DNA from: Desulfobacterales bacterium
GTDB taxonomy: Bacteria; Desulfobacterota; Desulfobacteria; Desulfobacterales; UBA2174
Assembly (NCBI GenBank): GCA_963668645.2
Contig: CAXXWC010000002.1
Location: forward strand, 64,001-128,000
DNA: 64,000 nucleotides
Direction: 5' to 3'
Shown one piece after another: positions 39,078 through 47,729 of this stretch. The notes beneath the pieces were generated by a model. It saw only the letters and a program-made list of their open reading frames with translations. It made no database searches and was not told the DNA's origin. The position numbers and the translations under genes are program-made. Numbering within the stretch: the stretch's first letter is position 1; each line of letters begins with the position of its first letter.

Positions 39078-40322
39078 TCAATGGATGGTGTGAGGGCTGC
39101 CTTGCTCCGGCCCCCCTTCACATTTGGACAAAACAGCAGCATCTTCCAGAATCACCACGCAGTTTCTACCCATGCCCTTGGCCCGGTAGAGGGCTTGGTC
39201 GCTTCGCTGCACCAGTTCGTCGAGGGTCTCACCGGGCCGGTACCGCGTCACCCCGAAGCTTGCCGTTACCCGGCCGCCATGGGCAAAGGTGCTTGACTCG
39301 ATGAGGTCGCGCAGTTTTTCAGCCATGGCCGCCATCCCGCCAAGGTCTGTCTGGGGTGACAACAGCAGGAATTCCTCGCCCCCCCAACGTGCGAACAGGT
39401 CGCTTTTGCGCTTGTTCCTGCTCACTATCCTTGAAAGTTCGATCAGCACACTGTCTCCTATGTGATGCCCATAGGTGTCATTGATCTTTTTAAAATGATC
39501 CAGGTCTAAAATGGCCAGCGACAACGGCGTCCCGTGGCGGTTGGCCCGATCGATCTCCATGCCGGAAACCTCCTGAAAATACCTGCGGTTGGCCGCCTTG
39601 GTAAGATGATCCTGCATCGACATCTCTTCGAGTTGCCGGCGCTGCCGGTTTATGAGCACTTTGTTTTTGAACCCTTTGACATGGTAATAAAACAAGATAC
39701 GCGACAGGGTGATGGCGATGAGCGTAAAGGCGAACACATTGATCATCTCTATCCGAGCAACACCATACTGGGCCGGCGGAACCGTCAGGAGCAGAATCTC
39801 CATCAACGCCATGTTGGATAGGAACAGGATCAGGCAGGTTGTGTTGTACATCAAAAAAATGGATGCTACGGAAAATACCATGCCAAGGTATGCAGCAATC
39901 GAGCCATCGTTCAATACGTCGGCGATGGTAATGAAGGCCATGTTGGCCATTACCAGGAAAAGGCCGGTGTAGACAACGGCTGCGTGGATGGGACCCGCCG
40001 CATTGGGTGCTTTGAGGGGTTTTTTCCAACTGAAGATCAAAAACGCGGCGAACACCCCGAGGATGAGGCAGTGGGAATTAAACAGCAGCCGATATCCCTG
40101 CTGGCGGTTCCAGAGCCCGATCATGCAGTTGTGGATGTCCAGCGCCGTCAGCAGGCCGATCAACAGCACACAGAGCGCCCCTATGATTCTGGCGCGGGTA
40201 TGGTTGATGTAGATCACTTCCCGGACAAAAAGCCCATAATCCGATCCCATCGCTTTCCGGAGATGTCCCCTTGACGATTGGCGCAGAAACTCCCCTACCC
40301 CTATGTTGGAATATATTTGCAT
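39078..40322 (-). CDS. Membrane-bound diguanylate cyclase
   Basis: Several TMs; DLDHFKKINDTYGH, RKSD..ARWGGEEF (RxxD I-site), YRAKGMGRN. Confidence 0.93.
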   Translation of the reverse strand: MQIYSNIGVGEFLRQSSRGHLRKAMGSDYGLFVREVIYINHTRARIIGALCVLLIGLLTALDIHNCMIGLWNRQQGYRLLFNSHCLILGVFAAFLIFSWKKPLKAPNAAGPIHAAVVYTGLFLVMANMAFITIADVLNDGSIAAYLGMVFSVASIFLMYNTTCLILFLSNMALMEILLLTVPPAQYGVARIEMINVFAFTLIAITLSRILFYYHVKGFKNKVLINRQRRQLEEMSMQDHLTKAANRRYFQEVSGMEIDRANRHGTPLSLAILDLDHFKKINDTYGHHIGDSVLIELSRIVSRNKRKSDLFARWGGEEFLLLSPQTDLGGMAAMAEKLRDLIESSTFAHGGRVTASFGVTRYRPGETLDELVQRSDQALYRAKGMGRNCVVILEDAAVLSKCEGGPEQGSPHTIH

Positions 40323-40637
40323 GCTCGTTAACGCTTTCGGCTTCTCGATTCAAGGCGCCGGATTTTGGATCAGTTGCAACGAGTTGGGCTCAACAACATA
40401 GTCTACACTCAACTTGCGCTCCAAACGAACGATTCTGCCGCGCATTTTGCACCGTTACACTCAAAGTCGTCAAGTTGTTATGGCTCTCTTTCCCCTCCTT
40501 TCAAGATCTTGTAGAGGTGCCAGGGACGCGGCAGCCGTCACCGGTTCCAGCTTCCAGTCAAAGAGCCACAAGGTCGGTATTGTCTATTTTCTCGATGTGG
40601 CAGCCGCGGGTAAAGAGCTTTCCTGCTCCGGGGAGGG

Positions 40638-41435
40638 TCAGAATTTTCCGGTTTCCCGGGCCATGTTGTTGCGCCCGGTTTTTTGATCAGACAGGCGCTT
40701 GCGCTCTACCAGCATCCTGTTGCTCCAGTGATTGTGCATGTAGGTGATTTTCAGGGAGGACATGATTTTTTCGAGGCGGATCGTAGCCTGATCTCCAGCC
40801 GTCCACAGATATGTTAGCTTGAATCCAGTCGCCCATAGGAACGTTTCTTCAGGGATTTTGCCTTTTCTAAGCAAAGGTGTCGGTTTTCCGTATTTTTCTG
40901 AGAGCACCTCCATGCATTCGTGATAGGCTGCCTCTTTCTCTTCTTGAAGTCGTGGGTAGATGCCGATTTCGATATGGGCCAAGTGCCTGGAAACCGGCGA
41001 AAATAAGAGAGTGATATCTGCAGGATATCCCATCAGATGGGTTTTGTAGGTAAACTTGGAGTCGGTAAACATGTACTTGCGGCACATGGCTGGGTTAAAA
41101 CCCTTGTTGATCGAAATCAGCCCGGCACGATGCAGGGGGATGTTGTTCAGCTCGGCGATGTCCATGGCCTGGCGGATATGAATGCCAAGGGGCCAGATGT
41201 CGAACTTGACAGCATCTTTTTCTGCCTTTTCGCCGCCATCATCTCCTTCGATCCGATCGACCAGGTTTTTGGGAATGCCGACGATCGCACCGAATTTACG
41301 ATACTTGACCTGATCACCGTCCTCCCAAACCGCGGCTGATTGGATAACCCGGCCGTCTTTGAGAAAAATCGTGTCTGCTATACAAAAAGTCGGTGCAGTA
41401 AAAATAAATAACGATATCAAGATAATATGAAACAT
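40638..41435 (-). CDS. Hypothetical exported protein
   Basis: Signal peptide then DTIFLKDGRVI; lower GC than core genes. Confidence 0.65.
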   Translation of the reverse strand: MFHIILISLFIFTAPTFCIADTIFLKDGRVIQSAAVWEDGDQVKYRKFGAIVGIPKNLVDRIEGDDGGEKAEKDAVKFDIWPLGIHIRQAMDIAELNNIPLHRAGLISINKGFNPAMCRKYMFTDSKFTYKTHLMGYPADITLLFSPVSRHLAHIEIGIYPRLQEEKEAAYHECMEVLSEKYGKPTPLLRKGKIPEETFLWATGFKLTYLWTAGDQATIRLEKIMSSLKITYMHNHWSNRMLVERKRLSDQKTGRNNMARETGKF

Positions 41436-41449
41436 TTTTGCCTCATCGG

Positions 41450-42007
41450 TTAAAACTCTCTGATATCCGAGTGACCCGTTGTTCCAAATCCTCCGGTTCG
41501 CGATAGGGCAGCACGGTGGTGGCAAGGCGACACAGAGACACGGGGACTCGGCGACGGGGAGAACGCAAAGCCCTCTTTGACCGTTTTATACTTCTCCTCC
41601 TTTGGTCTGGATCGACGTTTGGCGCCCACGGCCCAGTCATCCGGGTGCTCAACCATTCGGATGAGCTGGCCGAGAATGATTTCGTAGCGTCCGTCCAAGT
41701 CCGCTGCATCCGTAGCCTCCAGGTATCCACAGCGCAGAGCCAGTTCGATCCATGTCTGAGACTCGGCCGCCTCCCCTTCGGCGTCGTTGAGCTTGCTCAC
41801 GAAAGCCGCCGGATACCGGCGCTTGCGCCAAGCCTCGGAGATGTTCGCCGCCACCGACCGCGACGAGCGCCGAAACTGATCGGTCAGGGAATACCGCTCT
41901 TCCACCGGAAACCTCTTGGACAGCTCGAATACAATCATGGCCGCATCGACCGCGTTCTGCCAGACCCGCAATTCCTTGAACGATCGAATATCCCCCATCT
42001 CCTGCAT
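41450..42007 (-). CDS. Four-helix-bundle protein (23S rRNA IVS/TIGR02436-type), copy 1; stop lost (TAA to TAT), 46-aa read-through
   Basis: FKELRVWQ..FPVEERYSLTDQFRRSSRSVAANISEAW..EAAESQTWIELALRCGYL. Confidence 0.88.
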   Translation of the reverse strand: MQEMGDIRSFKELRVWQNAVDAAMIVFELSKRFPVEERYSLTDQFRRSSRSVAANISEAWRKRRYPAAFVSKLNDAEGEAAESQTWIELALRCGYLEATDAADLDGRYEIILGQLIRMVEHPDDWAVGAKRRSRPKEEKYKTVKEGFAFSPSPSPRVSVSPCHHRAALSRTGGFGTTGHSDIREF

Positions 42008-42200
42008 CCCCCTCTCCGCGTCTCCGTGTCCCCGTGTTTCGCTCTTCCACCCATCCCCGAGTCACCGTGTCTATCCCTTCTCGATCTGCGCCGACTCCGG
42101 ATCCTCCGGTTCGCGATAGGGCAGCACAGTGGTGGCAAGGCGACACAGAGACACGGGGACTCGGCGACGGGGAGAACGCAAAGCCCTCTTTGACCGTTTT

Positions 42201-42620
42201 TTACTTCTCCTCCTTTGGTCTGGATCGACGTTTGGCGCCCACGGCCCAGTCATCCGGGTGCTCAACCATTCGGATGAGCTGGCCGAGAATGATTTCGTAG
42301 CGTCCGTCCAAGTCCGCTGCATCCGCAGCCTCCAGGTATCCACAGCGCAGAGCCAGTTCGATCCATGTCTGAGACTCGGCCGCCTCCCCTTCGGCGTCGT
42401 TGAGCTTGCTCACGAAAGCCGCCGGATACCGGCGCTTGCGCCAAGCCTCGGAGATGTTCGCCGCCACCGACCGCGACGAGCGCCGAAACTGATCGGTCAG
42501 GGAATACCGCTCTTCCACCGGAAACCTCTTGGACAGCTCGAATACAATCATGGCCGCATCGACCGCGTTCTGCCAGACCCGCAATTCCTTGAACGATCGA
42601 ATATCCCCCATCTCCTGCAT
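42201..42620 (-). CDS. Four-helix-bundle protein, copy 2
   Basis: Same motifs as copy 1; 139 aa, intact. Confidence 0.9.
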   Translation of the reverse strand: MQEMGDIRSFKELRVWQNAVDAAMIVFELSKRFPVEERYSLTDQFRRSSRSVAANISEAWRKRRYPAAFVSKLNDAEGEAAESQTWIELALRCGYLEAADAADLDGRYEIILGQLIRMVEHPDDWAVGAKRRSRPKEEK

Positions 42621-42813
42621 CCCCCTCTCCGCGTCCCCGTGTCCCCGTGTTTCGCTCTTCCACCCATCCCCGAGTCACCGTGTCTATCCCTTCTCGATCT
42701 GCGCCGACTCCGGATCCTCCGGTTCGCGATAGGGCAGCACAGTGGTGGCAAGGCGACACAGAGACACGGGGACTCGGCGACGGGGAGAACGCAAAGCCCT
42801 CTTTGACCGTTTT

Positions 42814-43233
42814 TTACTTCTCCTCCTTTGGTCTGGATCGACGTTTGGCGCCCACGGCCCAGTCATCCGGGTGCTCAACCATTCGGATGAGCTGGCCGAG
42901 AATGATTTCGTAGCGTCCGTCCAAGTCCGCTGCATCCGCAGCCTCCAGGTATCCACAGCGCAGAGCCAGTTCGATCCATGTCTGAGACTCGGCCGCCTCC
43001 CCTTCGGCGTCGTTGAGCTTGCTCACGAAAGCCGCCGGATACCGGCGCTTGCGCCAGGCCTCGGAGATGTTCGCCGCCACCGACCGCGACGAGCGCCGAA
43101 ACTGATCGGTCAGGGAATACCGCTCTTCCACCGGAAACCTCTTGGACAGCTCGAATACAATCATGGCCGCATCGACCGCGTTCTGCCAGACCCGCAATTC
43201 CTTGAACGATCGAATATCCCCCATCTCCTGCAT
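42814..43233 (-). CDS. Four-helix-bundle protein, copy 3
   Basis: Protein identical to copy 2. Confidence 0.9.
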   Translation of the reverse strand: MQEMGDIRSFKELRVWQNAVDAAMIVFELSKRFPVEERYSLTDQFRRSSRSVAANISEAWRKRRYPAAFVSKLNDAEGEAAESQTWIELALRCGYLEAADAADLDGRYEIILGQLIRMVEHPDDWAVGAKRRSRPKEEK

Positions 43234-43335
43234 CCCCCTCTCCGCGTCCCCGTGTCCCTCCGTCCCCGTCCCTGGGTCTCGCCCTTCCCCGTGTCCCCGT
43301 GTCTCGCTCTTCCACCCATCCCCGAGTCACCGTGT

Positions 43336-43770
43336 CTATCCCTTCTCAATCTCCGCCCACGCCGGATCCTCCGGTTCGCGATAGGGCAGCACGGTGGTGG
43401 CATTTGGGAAAGGCCGAGCAGGCCAGGATCGTCTTTCCCGCATGCGGCCCCTTCTTGACGATCCGCTTGACCATCGGGGCGCCACATTTCGGGCAAGTCC
43501 CAAAATCTTCAGCCGGCGGTTTCGACGCAACCGGCTTCGGCGACGTGTCGGCTTCCACCTTATCCACTTCCGATGGCGCGTCGATTCAGAAAACATCGTT
43601 TAGCGCCCGCTTGACCTCGCCTACCCCGTATGAGCGTTTGGCAGCAAAATGGATCAGCGGGATACCTGCACTGGCCATGGCCTTGTCGATGAACGCATCG
43701 CGATCCTGCCGGTCTGAACGACCGTGACTGCTGTCGTCCAGTTCGAGGGCGGCGGCGATGGTAACTTTTG
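43336..43770 (-). pseudogene. 5'-truncated paralogue of the DUF2726 + topoisomerase C4 zinc-ribbon gene
   Basis: ELDDSSH..RDAFIDKAMASAGIP; in-frame TGA at 43586-43588; CPKCG..LACSAFPKC, then a frameshift (TGCCACCACC vs TGCCGCACC in the intact copy). Confidence 0.85.
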
Positions 43771-43781
43771 CCGTCGGCGGC

Positions 43782-43888
43782 AGTTCACTGCCGGCAAACA
43801 CATTTTTCAAGTGATAGTTGATGGTGTGGGTCGCCACGTCATATAGCACGCCCATCATCTTCTGGGTCAGCCAGATGTTCTCATCGGA
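43782..43888 (-). pseudogene. Fragment of a RhuM/virulence-family DNA-binding protein
   Basis: DENIWLTQKMMGVLYDVATHTINYHLKNVFAGSEL matches the RhuM N-terminal WLTQ..HLKN pattern. Confidence 0.7.
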
Positions 43889-43916
43889 GCGTTTGTTACC
43901 CAATTCGTTCCCCAAT

Positions 43917-44522
43917 TCATTCGATATTACCCAATTTCCACTCGGCGGTTTTTTGCCACCGAGCGTTCTGGCCGCGTCCAAGACACTCAACCTGATCTTT
44001 TACGCGCAGACTTTTCAGGACACGGCGGACCATATCCACGCTGACGTTCGTGCACTTGTTTTGGATTTCCGCCACGCTGAAAGGGCCGAGAGCACTGTCG
44101 ATTGCGTGAAGAATGTCGCCGTCTTTTTCCTTGTATTGACCGGCATCCAAAATGTCACCACGCGCCAGACGGTGCAGTTGTAAAACGGTTTCTTCCGATA
44201 TCGACAGTTCCGCGCCACACTCATGAATCCATGTCAGGGCTTGCCGGTAACCCCTGATCTCCTCCTCGTCACGATCTTGAAGAAGTGGCTGCCCGAAGAT
44301 GATGGTACCGATTCGGGATTGATCGACTTCAACCCCTTCGATCCGGTTGGATGAAACGGCGCTCTCGATTAGGGCATGCTCCCGTAAAACCTTGAGACGT
44401 TGCGGCGATTGGCGGGTAAACAATTCCTGCCTTCCCCTCGCCTCGCCAAGATCGGCGAGATACCAGGATGTGGATGCAGGCACTGATTCGAACTTTCGGG
44501 TAAACAACTGCAACGTCATCAT
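43917..44522 (-). pseudogene. Fic-family protein with an in-frame internal deletion
   Basis: LIESAVSSNRIEG, EEIRGYRQAL, LQLHR, GQYK are joined directly to a wHTH-like tail (GRGQNARW); the HPFxDGNGR motif is absent. Confidence 0.75.
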
Positions 44523-44610
44523 GGTTTGTCCCCCTATCGGGTTATCATAACCGCAGTATTAGCCAATGAAAACCTCCCGCCGATGCCGCGTCAGATTCTC
44601 TCGCGCCGGC

Positions 44611-44880
44611 CAGCACGGTGGTGGCAAGGCGACATGGAGACACGGGGACTCGGCGACGGGGAGAACACAAAGCCCTCTTTGACCGTTTTTTACATCTACT
44701 CCGTTGGTCCGCATCGACGGCGTTCTGCCAGACCCGCAATTCTTTGAACGATCGAATATCTCCCATCTCCTGTATCCCCCTCTCCGCCTCCGTCCCCGTC
44801 CCCGTCCCCGTGTCTCGCCCGTCCCCGTGTCCCCGTGTCTCGTTCTTTCACCCATCCCCGAGTCACCGTGTCACCGTGTC
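44611..44880 (-). pseudogene. Internally deleted four-helix-bundle cassette (copy 4) with both repeat flanks retained
   Basis: MGDIRSFKELRVWQNAVDA joined to the last codons; 77 nt of ORF remain (44690-44766) out of 411; flanks match the tandem units. Confidence 0.88.
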
Positions 44881-45620
44881 TATCTCTTCTCGATCTGCGC
44901 CGACGCCGGATCCTCCGGTTCGCGATAGGGCAGCACGGTGCGGCATTTGGGAAAGGCCGAGCAGGCCAGGATCGTCTTTCCCGCATGCGGCCCCTTCTTG
45001 ACGATCCGCTTGACCATCGGGGCGCCGCATTTCGGGCAAGTCCCAAAATCTTCAACCGGCGGTTTCGACGCAACCGGCTCCGGCGACGTGTCTGATATCC
45101 GCTCCGTTTCCGGCGGCGTGCTGAGTCCCAAGGCATCGCTTATCGCCTGCCTCACCTCGCCGACACCGTATGCGTGCCTGGCACTGAAGCGGATGATCGG
45201 GATGCCTGCACTGGCCATGGCTTTGTCGATAAACGCATCGCGATCCTGCCGGTCGGAATGGTTGTGGCTGCTGTCGTCCAGCTCGATGGCCGCCGTGATG
45301 GCAATATCATCTGCCCTGCAGAGGACGAAATCAACGTGCTTGCGGCTGATCCGGTTGAAGGCGGTCTGGCGCGACGAAGCCTTCAGCCCGCTGCCGACCT
45401 TGATCAGATCTGCCAGCCTCACTTTTGCGAAAATGCGGTGTCCATCCGGCACGGCCATGTCCAATACCCCAAGAAAGGCGCGTTCGGCCGGAGTGCAGAG
45501 GGTGTCGCAGGAATTGTAAGAGATTTCGACGGCAGAGGATCGGCGTGCGGTCAGTCTGATGACCAATGTGACAACAAGGATGAAGATCATCAGGAGAAAG
45601 AGCAAAAAAATGGAAGTCAT
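44880..45620 (-). CDS. DUF2726 domain + topoisomerase C4 zinc-ribbon protein with N-terminal TM
   Basis: TPAERAF, FAKVRLADLI, KHVDFVLC, AIELDDSSH; CPKCGAPMVKR..LACSAFPKCR. Confidence 0.88.
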   Translation of the reverse strand: MTSIFLLFLLMIFILVVTLVIRLTARRSSAVEISYNSCDTLCTPAERAFLGVLDMAVPDGHRIFAKVRLADLIKVGSGLKASSRQTAFNRISRKHVDFVLCRADDIAITAAIELDDSSHNHSDRQDRDAFIDKAMASAGIPIIRFSARHAYGVGEVRQAISDALGLSTPPETERISDTSPEPVASKPPVEDFGTCPKCGAPMVKRIVKKGPHAGKTILACSAFPKCRTVLPYREPEDPASAQIEKR

Positions 45621-45711
45621 GCCGGTTGTCTCCGATAGTAGTTATCATCATGCAGCCCACGGGGCCGGTGACTGGGTCGACTCCCCTTTTCCCGATCTCC
45701 CAAACATGGAC

Positions 45712-45806
45712 GATTTCGGCCTCAAAAAACTCGATATAGGTCGATTTTAGGGCCTAAATTTTCAACTATTCTGATTTGCAATGATGGGTTAGTTTGGTGC
45801 GACCCT
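45712..45806 (+). repeat. 95-nt structured element, copy A
   Basis: GATTTC-N7-AAAA-ACTC-GATATAGG-TCGA-TTTT..TTGGTGCGACCCT. Confidence 0.8.
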
Positions 45807-46268
45807 ATAATCCCTCGGCGTGTTGCATTGATCGAGGAAGGTGACCTCTGGAAACCGCTTTTTGAGCTTCTCGGCGCCTTCGCTGACGATCGACAGCGCC
45901 TCGGTGTTCTTGACGCCGATCTCAAACTTCATGTTCTTGCGACGGGCATAGGCCCGGTAGCTCTGGTACACGAGGCTGTCGATAGTCCGGATCTCCACCT
46001 TGCGCTCCGGCGTGCCGAATAGGGATTCGAAGCTTTTTCCCTCGGTGCTGCTGACCTTCTCGTAGAGCCTGGCCATGTAGCGGATCAGCGTCTTGGTGTA
46101 GGTCACCAGCAGAATGGCTTCGTCCCTACCGAAGCAGTAATTGCTCAACAGGAATGGAATCCGGTAGATGCCCACCGTGGTCTTGCCCGAGCCTGCCACC
46201 CCCTTGAGCAGGGCATGGCCCTTGGGCGTCTGGAAAGCGATCCGCTTCTGCTCCGCATTGAGATCCAT
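45789..46268 (-). pseudogene. N-terminal fragment of a UvrD/superfamily-1 helicase
   Basis: LNAEQKRI, LKGVAGSGKTT, LLVTYTKTL, TIDSL; ends after 159 aa, running into element A before any Walker B motif. Confidence 0.8.
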
Positions 46269-46387
46269 CGCACCTCCGTTCTGAAACCCGTCGCAATTAT
46301 CGCTTACCGATTGGTATGTTGTTTAGCGGCCTCTCAAACCTGAATGGTAAGCCTTTACGAACCGCCATGCCACTCTGTCAGGCGCAT

Positions 46388-47302
46388 TTATACGGCTTCT
46401 TTGAAAAGTTCATATCGTCGCTGCAAAAATTCACCGTTTGGCCGCATCACTGACTGGCGCGGTAGAATGATGCGCTGGCCGTGAAGCGCCTGTAGCCCGT
46501 GGATTAGCATCGGGCCATCGGTTTCTTTCAGGATTTCCGGCCGGACCTCAATGCGATAGTCGTCCCGAATGCCCACGAAGTGGTGGTCGAAGGCAGCGTG
46601 ATGGAGTTTGCACAGTGAGAGGCCGTTAGAAACTACCGGCTCGCCTTCCGGGTCGCTGTCCGGCAGGATGTGGGCCGCGTCCAGCAACTCGCGGTGGCGT
46701 AGCCGGCAGAATGCACATTGTTCATGGTAAGCCCGCAGGACCCTCTCCCGGAATGAACTCTGGTGGAGCCGCTGGCGGAAATTGCGGGTTGCATAGGCGC
46801 GCCGAAAATGCTCTTCGATCCACGCCTGGTTTGGTTCTCTAACACCGATGAAGGATGAAGCTGCTTCCTGCCTAATCTCGTCGACGGCTACCGTAAAAGT
46901 CAGCCCATCCTTGTCATCGGCCACGATAAACGCTGGCCATGCTGCTACGTACTTTCCCCTCATAATCCTGTGGAAATAGACCAGAGGTACAACCTGAGTC
47001 ATGGCCTGTCGCAACCCTACGTTATCGCGGTGCTCCGGATCTGTTCCGCGGTAGCGATAAAGCAGCAACCCCTCACCGGTGAAGCTGTCGGCATAAGGCC
47101 CGGACGGAACCGTTGTAATGGAAAGCGGCAATTCCATACGTTTCGGCTTGAAAATTCCTTGCGGTCCCAAAAGCCGGATCTGCTCGCCCTCCATAAGAAA
47201 GCCCTTCTGCAGAATCTCGCGCGGCAATGCGTCGCCGTATATGGCCCGCTGCGCATCGAGCCATTGGAACGCTTCCTTTCGGACCCGGAGATCAGACAAC
47301 AT
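46388..47302 (-). CDS. HNH endonuclease (predicted restriction nuclease) with an SRA-like N-terminal domain
   Basis: RLHQSSFRERVLRAY..CAFC..LLDAAHI..NGLSLCKLHHAAFD; N-terminal YRYRG..DNVGL..PLVYF. Confidence 0.85.
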   Translation of the reverse strand: MLSDLRVRKEAFQWLDAQRAIYGDALPREILQKGFLMEGEQIRLLGPQGIFKPKRMELPLSITTVPSGPYADSFTGEGLLLYRYRGTDPEHRDNVGLRQAMTQVVPLVYFHRIMRGKYVAAWPAFIVADDKDGLTFTVAVDEIRQEAASSFIGVREPNQAWIEEHFRRAYATRNFRQRLHQSSFRERVLRAYHEQCAFCRLRHRELLDAAHILPDSDPEGEPVVSNGLSLCKLHHAAFDHHFVGIRDDYRIEVRPEILKETDGPMLIHGLQALHGQRIILPRQSVMRPNGEFLQRRYELFKEAV

Positions 47303-47473
47303 GGGATCAGGCTTTCTTTAGTTTGCCGTCATCCGTAAGAGCGGGGGATCAATATTGTTCCGAGCCCCCCCGCTTCAACCACCGCTTCTCCCAGTTTTTG
47401 ACTCTGCCAGCATTCGACCACGAAAAAACGCTCACCGATCCTCCCGCCTGCCTTAGGCGTTCCCTATCAGGCT

Positions 47474-47567
47474 GTTTTTGCCAGCGAAAAAGATCATATA
47501 GACATCTTTTCAGTTGTGGGAATTACGACTTTCCCTTTCTTTCATATTCTTGATGTGGTGCGACACC
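47474..47567 (+). repeat. 94-nt structured element, copy D (most degenerate)
   Basis: GTTTTT-N7-AAAA-AGAT-CATATAGA-CATC-TTTT..GTGGTGCGACACC. Confidence 0.65.
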
Positions 47568-47611
47568 ACCCTGATGTACCCCTTATCTCCAATTCGGGTT
47601 CCTATGCGCAA

Positions 47612-47706
47612 GATTTTCCCCCTGAAAAGCGAGATATAGGCAGGTTTTGAGGGGACAATCATCGATTTTTGCCCTTTATGTCATAAGGTCGCTTTGGTCC
47701 GACCCC
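47612..47706 (+). repeat. 95-nt structured element, copy B
   Basis: GATTTT-N7-AAAA-GCGA-GATATAGG-CAGG-TTTT..TTGGTCCGACCCC. Confidence 0.8.
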
Positions 47707-47729
47707 ATTACTGCCATTACTGCACAGAT

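Larger units (their letters stand above)
41488..43402. repeat. Tandem array of 3 cassette units (613, 613, 652 bp) plus a terminal about 37-bp direct repeat
   Basis: ATCCTCCGGTTCGCGATAGGGCAGCAC(G/A)GTGGTGGCA starts at 41488, 42101, 42714 and 43366; units nearly identical. Confidence 0.95.

Noticed and set aside
41450..43233. 23S rRNA gene hosting the IVS-type ORFs
   Set aside because: The flanks show no rRNA sequence; no rRNA or tRNA gene was recognised in the window
41488..43402. CRISPR array (about 37-bp repeat occurring four times)
   Set aside because: The intervening sequences are near-identical about 580-bp gene cassettes, not unique short spacers; no cas genes
47339..47420. Fifth copy of the 95-nt element (hairpin AGCGGGGG/CCCCCGCT with ATATTG loop, CGACC downstream, about 140 nt from copy D)
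   Set aside because: It lacks the AAAA/TTTT dyad and the TGGT end, and the spacing is off; it may be an ordinary hairpin or a very decayed copy
47510..47611. Remnant of a RAYT/IS200-like transposase C-terminus (LRIGTRIGDKGYIRVVSHHIKNMKER, minus strand)
   Set aside because: Too short, no HUH or catalytic Tyr motif, and it overlaps element D
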